DNA of 40,606 nt. Origin: Minisyncoccia bacterium. GTDB lineage: Bacteria > Patescibacteriota > Minisyncoccia > UBA6257. Numbering within the stretch: the stretch's first letter is position 1; every line of letters begins with the position of its first letter. Both the position numbers and the translations under genes were made by a program. Positions 1 through 8,099 of the stretch are shown one piece after another. The stretch lies in contig JBMFSN010000003.1 of NCBI GenBank assembly GCA_049967535.1, positions 1 to 40,606 of the forward strand. The letters run 5' to 3'. The notes below the pieces were generated by a model. It saw only the letters and a list, made by a program, of their open reading frames with translations. It ran no database searches and was not told the origin of the DNA.

Positions 1-86
1 GCTCTTTTGACTTTTCTTAATACATATCCCACTAAATTTCTTTGAATACAATCTGGTTTTAATAATCCTAGAGTATATTCGTTCAT
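1..86 (-). CDS. ndk: Nucleoside diphosphate kinase, N-terminal part (runs off the window edge)
   Basis: Manual translation from ATG at 86 gives MNEYTLGLLKPDCIQRNLVGYVLRKVKR, matching the NDK N-terminal pattern (TLxxxKPDxxQRxLxG). Strong SD GGGAGGTGAT at 100..91. Not in the ORF track. Confidence 0.85.
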   Translation of the reverse strand, partial: MNEYTLGLLKPDCIQRNLVGYVLRKVKR

Positions 87-191
87 ACTTATCACCTCCC
101 TTTCTGTGATTTGTATTTCTAATCTTTTCATATATATAAACCTTCTAATCTTTCTAAAAGAGTAGAAGAATATTTTTCAAGGTACTTATTT

Positions 192-212
192 TAACTACTA
201 ACTACTAACTAC
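192..212. repeat. Heptamer tandem repeat (TAACTAC)x3
   Basis: Three exact copies at 192, 199, 206. Confidence 0.9.
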
Positions 213-246
213 CTAAATTTAAGCATAAAAAACTGCCTTTGTCAAG
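206..246 (-). repeat. 41-bp direct repeat, copy 1; contains a sigma70-like promoter facing ndk
   Basis: taactacctaaatttaagcataaaaaactgcctttgtcaag matches 1894-1934 at 37/41. Minus strand has TTGACA (245..240) and TTAAAT/TAAATT at 17/18-nt spacing. Confidence 0.85.
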
Positions 247-266
247 ATATTTAGATCAACTAGGCA

Positions 267-1886
267 TTATTTCTTTCCTGTTAAACCAAATCTTATTTCC
301 CAAAATTCTGGTAATTTCCATTTTTGAGCCCATTTTAAAAATAATTCATCTGCATTCTCCTTTGCTGCCTCATTTAAATTGAAACCTAGTTTATTTATAA
401 ATTCCTTGCTTGTCTCAATGTCTCCTTCTATTTCTAATATCACTCCATAAGGATAAATATCTACATCAAATTCTAAACCATTATTCTCGTAGACTAATCT
501 TATTTTCTCATATGAATTTTCTTCATTATAATTACCAAATTTTTTAATAGTAGAAATGGCATTTTCTTTATTGTCTCCTTTATAAAAAATTTCCTCTATA
601 GAGGCGACAAATTTACCATGTTCTTGAATTTTATATTTCGATACGACTTCATAATTAATGTTCTCCATTGAATTTTCTATTCTTAGTCTAAATTTTTTCT
701 CAGCCGGGCCAATTCCTGTACCATAAATAATATCTCTAATGTATAAAGTCTTGACAAAACAACAATTTTTATTCAATTGGGCCAATAGTTCATCTAAGCA
801 ATTAATTTTAAATTTTATTTCTATTTCTTTTTTAGGGTCTCTTCTTTCTAGGGGAACATAAATTACTTTATTTTTATCTCTTAAAATATCTAATTCCTCT
901 AAAGTGGGTTTATTCAAAATTTTATATACTTCTACTACCAACATTTTGGGAAAATTCGGATGGGTAGTGATAATTTTACTACCTTTTAAATCTTCAGATA
1001 ATTTTATCACATGCCTATAAACAGTTTTATCTTTAATTCTTTCTTCGATAAAAGTATGCCTTAGGTCTTTTACCAAAAGAACCTTATTAATGCCACCGGA
1101 GATGGTAGTAGCTTTTGATTTCGCATACATCGGCATAGTTGTAGTAAACAAAGCCTCTACTCCCTTATCTTGATAATATTTAGATATTAAACCATCCATT
1201 AAGGAAATAGAATTTTTAGGGCTTCCTGGCAGACAATATAATCTTGTTAATTCAACAGCTTTATTGGGGTCAATGCCGTGGGCTAAAAGAGCCTCGCGTT
1301 TGTATTCTTTGGCGAGAATTGATGACTCCGTTGTTTCTATCGCAAAGGGAATTTTATCGCCTTTAAAAAATAAACCAAAAGTTTGGCCCTTAGCTCTTAA
1401 ATTATGAATGTAATGAAATTCTTGAGTAAATAAATTTATAATTTTTTCATCATCTACTTCTTTAAACTCAACTTCAAAACTTCTATTTTCATTTATGGCT
1501 AATAATTTATCATTTTTGTTATCTTTATGTAAAGTGAGCCTATCTTTAATATTCAAATCTTTATATTTACCGCTTAATCCTCTAAAAAGATATTCCAAAT
1601 CACAATTAGTTTTTTCTAAAGCTGATTGGATTATCAAATACTGTTCCTCCACCACCATTTTTATAATCTCTTCGTTTATTTCTTTGGGATCAAAAGTTGT
1701 TAGACGGAATAATACTTGATGTTCTAAATTTTGAGGATCATATAACCCTTGAGGAAAATATTTAATGATTTTTTTACGCCACCGATTTATAATTTCGGAA
1801 GAATGCCATTGAGATTCTAAATTATAATTAATAATTCCAATTTTTAATTTTTTTTGTTTCTCGCGTAAATTCATATTTATATTCAC
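267..1886 (-). CDS. Fusion protein: Mom-like (GNAT-fold) domain plus C-terminal CYTH triphosphate-tunnel domain
   Basis: C-terminal part has EIEIKF, FRLR, YEKIRLVY, VDIYPYGVILEIEG (CYTH ExExK pattern). Central part has FHY..FGLF.G..ELTRLY..PKNSIS..GVEALFT, resembling Mu Mom/XF1762-type proteins. Start is GTG 1886 or ATG 1874. Confidence 0.65.
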   Translation of the reverse strand: MNINMNLREKQKKLKIGIINYNLESQWHSSEIINRWRKKIIKYFPQGLYDPQNLEHQVLFRLTTFDPKEINEEIIKMVVEEQYLIIQSALEKTNCDLEYLFRGLSGKYKDLNIKDRLTLHKDNKNDKLLAINENRSFEVEFKEVDDEKIINLFTQEFHYIHNLRAKGQTFGLFFKGDKIPFAIETTESSILAKEYKREALLAHGIDPNKAVELTRLYCLPGSPKNSISLMDGLISKYYQDKGVEALFTTTMPMYAKSKATTISGGINKVLLVKDLRHTFIEERIKDKTVYRHVIKLSEDLKGSKIITTHPNFPKMLVVEVYKILNKPTLEELDILRDKNKVIYVPLERRDPKKEIEIKFKINCLDELLAQLNKNCCFVKTLYIRDIIYGTGIGPAEKKFRLRIENSMENINYEVVSKYKIQEHGKFVASIEEIFYKGDNKENAISTIKKFGNYNEENSYEKIRLVYENNGLEFDVDIYPYGVILEIEGDIETSKEFINKLGFNLNEAAKENADELFLKWAQKWKLPEFWEIRFGLTGKK

Positions 1887-1893
1887 TAAATAT

Positions 1894-1934
1894 TAACTAC
1901 CTCAATGTAATCATAAAAAACTGGCTTTGTCAAG
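1894..1934 (-). repeat. 41-bp direct repeat, copy 2; promoter facing the Mom-like/CYTH gene
   Basis: taactacctcaatgtaatcataaaaaactggctttgtcaag; minus-strand TTGACA 1933..1928 with TTACAT/TACATT at 17/18-nt spacing. Confidence 0.85.
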
Positions 1935-2058
1935 GCATTTAATTAATGATAATTGTACACTAAATTCCTAATTCATTGGCCACTTTAGGATCTAAAGCGG
2001 TAGTAATAAAATGTTTTTGATTCTTTTTCTTTGTTTAGCATAATTTAAAGCATAATTT

Positions 2059-2088
2059 AAAAAAAGAGGTGTTTATTATCACCTCTTT
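2059..2088 (-). terminator. Intrinsic terminator after pilB
   Basis: Minus strand AAAGAGGTG-ATAATAAA-CACCTCTTT followed by TTTT, overlapping the pilB stop codon. Confidence 0.75.
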
Positions 2089-3838
2089 AGTATTTCGCCG
2101 TAATGGCTAAAACTTCTTCTAAAGATACAAGCCCCTCTAAGACTTTGATGATTCCATCTTGGCGCAAGGTAATCATACCTTGACGTTTGGCTTCAGCCAT
2201 TAATCTTTCTTGAGAGGGTTGGGTAAGAATAATTTGCTCTAATTCAGGAGTCATTCTCATCATTTCAAAAATACCAAAACGGCCTAAATAGCCTTTATTA
2301 TTACAAGCCGGACAGCCTTTGGATTTATAAATATAATAAGGAGGTTTATAGGGCAGAGATTCTTTAATTTCTTTAGGCAAAGTAGAAAGATTATCTTCAA
2401 TTATTTTTTGTTCCGCGGGATTGGCTAGCACTCTTTCTTTACAATCAGGACATAAACGTCTGGCTAAACGCTGAGCAATCATTAAGTTTAAAGAAGAAGG
2501 AATTAAAAACCTTTCCACGCCTAAATCAATTAAGCGAGGAATAACCCCCAAGGCATTATTGGTATGCAAAGTAGAGAGAACTAAATGGCCAGTTAAAGCA
2601 GACTGAGTAGCTAATTCTGCAGTTTCATTATCACGAATTTCTCCTACCATAATAATATCTGGATCCTGACGAACAATCTGACGTAAACCACGGGCAAAGG
2701 TATAACCAATTTCCGGTAAAACCTGAGATTGATTCACTCCTTCAATGGTATATTCTACTGGGTCTTCTAAACTGATAATATTAACTTTATCCTGATTCAA
2801 TTGTTGAAGTAAAGCATAGAGAGTAGTAGTTTTACCTGAACCAGTAGGCCCGGTAATCAAAACCATCCCATAAGGTTTTTGGAGTTCTTCTTGTAAAATG
2901 TTTAAATTTTTCCCTTCTAATCCCAGTTCATGAATGGTTTTTAAACCCACCGTTGGGTCCAAAATTCTAATGGCTACTTTTTCCCCTAAAGCAGTGGGAA
3001 AAGAAGAAATACGAAAATCAATTTCTTTGTCATCAATAATTGAGAAAAAACGACCATCCTGAGGCATACGAGTTTCATCAATTTTTAAATTAGCCATAAT
3101 CTTAATTCGAGAGATAATCGGCTGATGAATGCCTAGGGGTAAATAAAGATTGGTGGCTAAATTACCATCAATACGAAAACGGACTCTTAATTTATCTCTT
3201 TCAGGTTCGATATGAATATCAGAAGCCCGAGAACGAACTCCCTGTTTTAAAATAGAAGCAAATAAACGAACAATAGGAGCCTCTTCTGCTACTACTCCTT
3301 GGGTTGACTCAATATCAATAATCTGATAAGAGGGTTTATTTTTAGGAGTAGCAAATCTTTTCTGAAAATCATCAACTAACTTATTAAACTCTTGGGTAAA
3401 AGTTTGATATTGTTTTAAAAGTTCTTTTAAATCAGAAAGAGTAATAATAAATACCTTGATATTGTAATTAGAACGTCCGGCGATAAATTTCACCGCTTCT
3501 TGGGCTTTTAAATCATCAGGGTAAACCATTCCCACATCTAGAACATTATCTTCTTTATTAAAAGCGATAAAACTATAATGGCGGGCAGTATCTTCTGGAA
3601 CTAAATTTAAAATACTTTGAGAAACAGTTTCATTCTTAGAGAAAAATTTGGTGGGTAATTTAAAAAGTTCACTCTTGATTTGAGCGATTGTTTTTTCATC
3701 AGCTAAATTTTTGTCTAAAAGAATTTCCTCGGCTCTTTTATTAGTGTTCTTTATTTCTAATAAAATTTGACGAGCTTGTTCCTCTTTAAGTAAACCTTTT
3801 TGAATTAAGGTAGAAAGAAATAATTCTTCTTGGATCAT
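2087..3838 (-). CDS. pilB: Type IV pilus assembly ATPase (PilB/GspE/PulE family)
   Basis: ASDIHIEP, RMPQDGR, Walker A GPTGSGKTTT, LEDPVEY, RQDPDIIMVGEIRD, TGHLVLSTLHTN, CPDC...CPAC zinc motif. Confidence 0.93.
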   Translation of the reverse strand: MIQEELFLSTLIQKGLLKEEQARQILLEIKNTNKRAEEILLDKNLADEKTIAQIKSELFKLPTKFFSKNETVSQSILNLVPEDTARHYSFIAFNKEDNVLDVGMVYPDDLKAQEAVKFIAGRSNYNIKVFIITLSDLKELLKQYQTFTQEFNKLVDDFQKRFATPKNKPSYQIIDIESTQGVVAEEAPIVRLFASILKQGVRSRASDIHIEPERDKLRVRFRIDGNLATNLYLPLGIHQPIISRIKIMANLKIDETRMPQDGRFFSIIDDKEIDFRISSFPTALGEKVAIRILDPTVGLKTIHELGLEGKNLNILQEELQKPYGMVLITGPTGSGKTTTLYALLQQLNQDKVNIISLEDPVEYTIEGVNQSQVLPEIGYTFARGLRQIVRQDPDIIMVGEIRDNETAELATQSALTGHLVLSTLHTNNALGVIPRLIDLGVERFLIPSSLNLMIAQRLARRLCPDCKERVLANPAEQKIIEDNLSTLPKEIKESLPYKPPYYIYKSKGCPACNNKGYLGRFGIFEMMRMTPELEQIILTQPSQERLMAEAKRQGMITLRQDGIIKVLEGLVSLEEVLAITAKY

Positions 3839-3844
3839 TTTACT

Positions 3845-4144
3845 TTAAAATGGTTGGAAGGGATTTAAGCGACCAAGAGCAGAAGAAGGGAGGGGCCAAG
3901 TAATATGAGAGGATAAAGTTTGAAAAATAGGATTGCTAATGACGCCATTAATATTTAATTTAGCATTTATTACCTCTGAGGATATGGGGGAAGGCAAAAC
4001 ATCTTCTGTTTTAGGTTTTTGAAATAAGTCACTGGGCTGAAAAAAGTTTTTTACTATCCAAAAGCCGATCGCTAAAATAACTAAGATGATAATAATCCAA
4101 AGGATGGGGTTAGATTTTTTTTCTTGTTGAACTTCAATGGCCAT
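3845..4144 (-). CDS. Small single-TM protein at the PilP position of the pil cluster
   Basis: N-terminal hydrophobic helix, C-terminal GRLNPFQPF (resembles the PilP RxxPF motif), located between pilO and pilB. Confidence 0.6.
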   Translation of the reverse strand: MAIEVQQEKKSNPILWIIIILVILAIGFWIVKNFFQPSDLFQKPKTEDVLPSPISSEVINAKLNINGVISNPIFQTLSSHITWPLPSSALGRLNPFQPF

Positions 4145-4148
4145 AGAA

Positions 4149-4724
4149 TTAAAGTTGGTAGTAAGTTAATAAGTCTAAACTAAATTGGAGCACTGACTGA
4201 TTAGTCCTCGCGGTTCTTCTAGCAGGAGTAGTTATGGGGATAATAACTGATTTAATGGTAATATGATTAATGTCAAAAAGTCTTAATTCTTTTTCTATTT
4301 CACTAAGCCAGTTTTTGAAAGTATTATAATCAGTGCTAAAATCGGTTTTTATATCTAAAGTATCATAGGAATTATTACTCCCTGTTTGAGTAGAAAAATT
4401 TAAACTAGTTAAAGATAAATTTGTTTTTTTAGAAATGGCATCGAGAGTGGCTAAAACTTGAGCTGTTTGGCTATCAGTAGGAATAGCTTGATTAATCATA
4501 TCTATTTTATTTCCCAAATTCTGATAATTTTGAGTTAAAATATTAAATTTATTTTGATAGTCATTGAGAATTTTAATTTTATCTTGCTCTTCCAAAATTT
4601 GTGCTACCAATTCCTTTCTTGTTTGTATTTCTGGTTTAATAAAATTAATAAAAATATAAACCGAAGCAGCGATAAGAATGGTAATCGCCAAAATGGACAT
4701 ATTTTGTTTGGTAGTTTCAGTCAT
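4149..4724 (-). CDS. pilO: Type IV pilus alignment protein PilO
   Basis: TM helix, coiled coil, AIP...vla.ld, [19 protein letters not shown] pattern; follows pilN. Confidence 0.8.
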   Translation of the reverse strand: MTETTKQNMSILAITILIAASVYIFINFIKPEIQTRKELVAQILEEQDKIKILNDYQNKFNILTQNYQNLGNKIDMINQAIPTDSQTAQVLATLDAISKKTNLSLTSLNFSTQTGSNNSYDTLDIKTDFSTDYNTFKNWLSEIEKELRLFDINHITIKSVIIPITTPARRTARTNQSVLQFSLDLLTYYQL

Positions 4725-4727
4725 AAT

Positions 4728-5279
4728 TTAAAGGCTAGATTGATATTTAATAACTTGAGGTTGAAGAATCAACTCCAAATGAAATTGAACCGTACTATCA
4801 TTATTAGTTTTCATATCTCTTAAAATGACGGTTTGAACATCTTTAGAATCGTTGACAAAATCATTAACTGCTTCACTTAAAATTTGCTGGTTTTTCGCTA
4901 TTCCTTCTAAAACTAAAGAATTTTTATCTAAAGAAAAATCCAGGTTAGTATAATAAACTTGGGGATTAGTTGTTTTTTCTAAAAAGGATAAAACATTAGA
5001 AAAATAAACGTGGCTATTTAATAATTTACTTAAATTATTCAGTTTCTTTTCAAAAACAGCAATCTCCTGTTCCTGAGACAAAGGAAAAGCCTCTCTTAAA
5101 GTTTGAAACTGAGCATTCAAAGCCTTTAAGTTTTTTTGTTGGATGCCATTATAATAATTTAAACCGAATGCTGCGGCTCCGCTTAAAACAAAAAGAATAA
5201 AAATAAAAGTTAAAAGACCTTTGGGCCAAGAAGGAGGTAACTGAGTTGATTTTAAAGAATCGTAATCGAATTGACTCAT
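4728..5279 (-). CDS. pilN: Type IV pilus alignment protein PilN-like
   Basis: TM helix, coiled coil, SNVLSFLEKTT.PQVYYTNL...LVLEGIA pattern; between pilM and pilO. Confidence 0.72.
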   Translation of the reverse strand: MSQFDYDSLKSTQLPPSWPKGLLTFIFILFVLSGAAAFGLNYYNGIQQKNLKALNAQFQTLREAFPLSQEQEIAVFEKKLNNLSKLLNSHVYFSNVLSFLEKTTNPQVYYTNLDFSLDKNSLVLEGIAKNQQILSEAVNDFVNDSKDVQTVILRDMKTNNDSTVQFHLELILQPQVIKYQSSL

Positions 5280-5307
5280 AAATAATTTCTCTCTTTATAT
5301 TATTTAC

Positions 5308-5332
5308 ATTATACAAAATTTTTTGTTGTCAA
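5308..5332 (-). promoter_or_regulatory. Promoter-like element TTGACA-N13-TATAAT upstream of pilN
   Basis: Perfect hexamers on the minus strand, spacer only 13 nt. Confidence 0.55.
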
Positions 5333-5349
5333 GCAACCCCCCACTATCT

Positions 5350-6402
5350 TTATAGGTTTTTAAAAGCCACAGCACAAGCAGCAGTTAAATTAGTACCAAT
5401 ATCTTTAATCACAGGAGCTAAATTAGGATGATAAGAAATTAACCCCCAACTAAAAGGATCACCTTTAACGACCGGCAAGAAAAGAGCTTCAGAATAATAT
5501 TTATCTAAACCATTCAAATTAGCTCCTCCCCCAGTTAAAATAATCTTTTCTACTTTACGTTTAGATTGAAGATAATAATTATTAATAGATTTTTCTACTT
5601 CTCTTTTTATCACATCTAAAAGAGGGGTTAAAAGCTTAAGTAAATCAATTTCGCCTTGATATTGAGTAGTTAAACTAGCAGTTTTTTTAATTTCTTCTGC
5701 TCTTAAGGGATTAATTCCTAATCCATTGGCAATGACTTGAGTTAAATCCCCTCCCGCGGTATCAATATTATGAGTTTGTCTTAAATTGCCATTATCCATA
5801 ACGCTAATAGAAGTAGTTCTGCCTCCAATATCAAGGATAACAGCCGGATTTTTTTCTTTCATTCCAAACAAACGACTGATGGCCATAGTCTCTATTTCTA
5901 AACCTTTTAAACTAATTTTTGCTAATTCTGCTGTTTTAACATATCTTTGGACAATATCAGTAGGTACAGCCATTAATAAAACTTGCATTTTTTCTCCTCC
6001 TCTTTCAATTATTTGCCAATCCAAAGTCATTTCTTCTAAAGACATAGGAATATATTGAGGAGCTTGATAGTGAATAGCCTTTCCTAACTCTTTATCATTC
6101 ATTTCTGGAAATTCTACCAAGGAAACAAAACTAGAAAAACCTGGGAGAGTCATATAGGCAGTCACTGTTCCAACTTTAGCAGTGCTTAAAACTTGTTTTA
6201 ATAATAAAGCAGTACTTTCTTCTAAAAGTTTAAAAGTAGAAGTTTGAATAGCATCATTAATTCTTTCTAAGTGCCCGTATTTTTCTAAAATACCATAATT
6301 CGATAATTCTATTTTATTATTGATGCGCTTCAACTCTACCACTTTCAAGGCAGTCGTTCCGATATCTATCCCTAAAAATAAATTTTGATTAAATATCCCC
6401 AT
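5350..6402 (-). CDS. pilM: Type IV pilus assembly protein PilM (actin-like fold)
   Basis: LGIDIGTTALKVVEL, YIPM, ILDIGGRTT, IILTGGGANL. Start moved to ATG 6402 (MGIFNQ) from the track's 6447. Confidence 0.92.
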   Translation of the reverse strand: MGIFNQNLFLGIDIGTTALKVVELKRINNKIELSNYGILEKYGHLERINDAIQTSTFKLLEESTALLLKQVLSTAKVGTVTAYMTLPGFSSFVSLVEFPEMNDKELGKAIHYQAPQYIPMSLEEMTLDWQIIERGGEKMQVLLMAVPTDIVQRYVKTAELAKISLKGLEIETMAISRLFGMKEKNPAVILDIGGRTTSISVMDNGNLRQTHNIDTAGGDLTQVIANGLGINPLRAEEIKKTASLTTQYQGEIDLLKLLTPLLDVIKREVEKSINNYYLQSKRKVEKIILTGGGANLNGLDKYYSEALFLPVVKGDPFSWGLISYHPNLAPVIKDIGTNLTAACAVAFKNL

Positions 6403-6448
6403 AGCTATATAATATACAGTATACAGTATTCTGTATTTATTATTCAAG

Positions 6449-7171
6449 ATGCCCCACCGTTTTTTTAATTTTCTTTTAGACCTTCTTTTCCCTTGGCAAT
6501 GCCTTTATTGTCATCAAGAAGTAAATAACGATTATCCTTTATGTAATAATTGTTTTAACCAAATCCCTATTTTAGATGACTTTATTTGCCCAGTTTGTCA
6601 AAAAAGATTAGCTTATCCTGATTTAAAACACTCTTCATGTATTAAGCAAAGTGCCTTAAGTGCCTTGGGAGTTGTCTCTTTTTATCATCATCCTATTTTA
6701 AAAGAAACTCTTCATTATTTCAAATACAAACAAATTCAAAGTTTACAAATTCCCCTCTCTCTTTTAATGATTAAGTTTTTAGAAAATAGTTTCTATTTCT
6801 CTCGATTAAATAAAAAACAACTGATAATTATTCCCCTCCCTCTTCATTTTAAAAAACAAAAACAACGTGGTTTTAATCAAAGTGCCCTTTTGGCTGAACA
6901 AATAGCTAAATATTTTCATTTGCCCCTTGAAACAAATATTCTTATTAGAATTATTAATAATCCTCCTCAAATCACTATGGAAGATGCCCAAGCGCGGCAA
7001 TTAAATATTCAAGGAATTTTTAAAGTAAAAAATCAAGAGCACCTTTTAAAGAAAACAGTTCTTTTAATTGATGATGTTTATACCACTGGAGCCACTTTAA
7101 ATGAAGCAGCAAAAACTTTAAAACAAGCTGGCGCTAAAAAGGTGATTGGCTTAGTCTTAGCGAAAGGATGA
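6449..7171 (+). CDS. comF: ComF-family competence protein (zinc ribbons + PRTase fold)
   Basis: LFPWQCLYC, CNNC, CPVC, PLPLH...RGFNQS, LLIDDVYTTGATL. Confidence 0.93.
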   Translation: MPHRFFNFLLDLLFPWQCLYCHQEVNNDYPLCNNCFNQIPILDDFICPVCQKRLAYPDLKHSSCIKQSALSALGVVSFYHHPILKETLHYFKYKQIQSLQIPLSLLMIKFLENSFYFSRLNKKQLIIIPLPLHFKKQKQRGFNQSALLAEQIAKYFHLPLETNILIRIINNPPQITMEDAQARQLNIQGIFKVKNQEHLLKKTVLLIDDVYTTGATLNEAAKTLKQAGAKKVIGLVLAKG

Positions 7172-7186
7172 AGATTAAATTTTAAA

Positions 7187-7278
7187 TGGCGGTGGGGGTG
7201 AGATTCGAACTCACGATCCTCTTACGAGGATACCGCATTTCGAGTGCGGCGCCTTCAACCAAACTCAGCCACCCCACC
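7187..7278 (-). tRNA. tRNA-Ser(CGA)
   Basis: GGTGGGG/CCCCACC acceptor, anticodon arm CCGCA-CTCGAAA-TGCGG, long variable arm, G73, encoded CCA. Confidence 0.96.
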
Positions 7279-7283
7279 ATGTG

Positions 7284-7421
7284 CCCCTCACTTGGAAAGC
7301 ACTGGACTTCGTCCATTATCTTATTACGAGAAACAAAATATGTTTATATAAAATATTTTTCGTTTTATTCACAAAGTGAGTTTGCTTAAAAAATAAAATT
7401 TTGTGCTTTCCAAGTGAGGGG
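7284..7421. mobile_element. MITE-like element or structured RNA with perfect 19-bp terminal inverted repeats
   Basis: CCCCTCACTTGGAAAGCAC (7284-7302) and its exact reverse complement (7403-7421), flanked on both sides by GTG. Confidence 0.5.
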
Positions 7422-7422
7422 G

Positions 7423-7494
7423 TGCCCCCGGGAAGAATTGAACTTCCATCTTCGCCTTAGGAGTGCGAGGCTCTATCCGTTGAGCTACGAGGGC
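7423..7494 (-). tRNA. tRNA-Arg(CCT)
   Basis: GCCCTCG/CGGGGGC acceptor, anticodon loop CTCCTAA, T-arm GGAAG-TTCAATT-CTTCC. Confidence 0.93.
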
Positions 7495-7501
7495 ATGACA
7501 C

Positions 7502-7540
7502 CAATTTTCAATTACCAATTTACAATTTTCAATAAATTTT
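7502..7540. repeat. Degenerate heptamer array CAATNNN x5
   Basis: caatttt caattac caattta caatttt caataaa; 7516-7540 is identical to 18111-18135. Confidence 0.8.
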
Positions 7541-7578
7541 TAATTTTTAAACTATTATTTATTCTAACAAAAATGGGC

Positions 7579-7607
7579 TTGAAAATAAAGAATTTTACTG
7601 ATAGAAT
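7579..7607 (+). promoter_or_regulatory. Sigma70 promoter for tRNA-Ala/Val
   Basis: TTGAAA-N17-TAGAAT with extended TG, 9 nt before tRNA-Ala. Confidence 0.75.
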
Positions 7608-7616
7608 AAAAGCAAC

Positions 7617-7690
7617 GGGCCAGTGGCGCAATTTGGCAGCGCGCCTCTATGGCATAGAGGAGGTTGTGGGTTCAAATCCCATCTGGTCCA
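7617..7690 (+). tRNA. tRNA-Ala(GGC)
   Basis: G3:U70 identity pair, anticodon arm CCTCT-ATGGCAT-AGAGG. Confidence 0.95.
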
Positions 7691-7728
7691 CCCCTCATTT
7701 AAAATACAAAATATCAGTAAGAATTTTC

Positions 7729-7801
7729 GCGCGCGTAGCTCAGCTGGTAGAGCGTCTCGTTTACACCGAGAAGGTCTCCCGTTCGAGTCGGGACGCGCGC
7801 A
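7729..7801 (+). tRNA. tRNA-Val(TAC)
   Basis: GCGCGCG/CGCGCGC acceptor, anticodon arm TCTCG-TTTACAC-CGAGA. Confidence 0.96.
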
Positions 7802-7924
7802 CTACGTCTTATCTTTACTTTTAAAATATAAATTGCTACAATAATAAAACTTTTATAAGCCAAAGCCTTGGCTTTAGATGAAAAATACTTTATTACAAAA
7901 AGAATAAATAAAATGAGTTTATCT

Positions 7925-7999
7925 GCCGAGGTAGCTCAGTGGTAGAGCGCTTGCCTGAAGAGCAAGGCGTCCGGTGTTCGATTCACCGCCTCGGCACCA
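7925..7999 (+). tRNA. tRNA-Phe(GAA)
   Basis: GCCGAGG/CCTCGGC acceptor, CTTGC-CTGAAGA-GCAAG, encoded CCA. Confidence 0.96.
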
Positions 8000-8099
8000 A
8001 CTACTCAGAGAAGATATTGCCTTTCGAAAACGTCTAAAATCCCCACCGAGGATTTTAGACTCGCTTTATAGGTTTAAAAATTAAAAATTAATATTTAAT

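Noticed and set aside
1960-2041. Possible gene remnant on the minus strand (MLNKEKE... / ...HFITTALDPKVANELGI*)
   Set aside because: Under 30 codons, split over two frames, no recognisable family; too weak to call.
6449-7171. UGA recoding (code 25) as in Gracilibacteria/Absconditabacteria
   Set aside because: Conserved genes are full length under code 11, and comF ends at TGA at the expected family C-terminus.
7186-7844. Track ORFs 7186..7389, 7414..7824 and 7623..7844
   Set aside because: They overlap clear tRNA genes and are translation artefacts.
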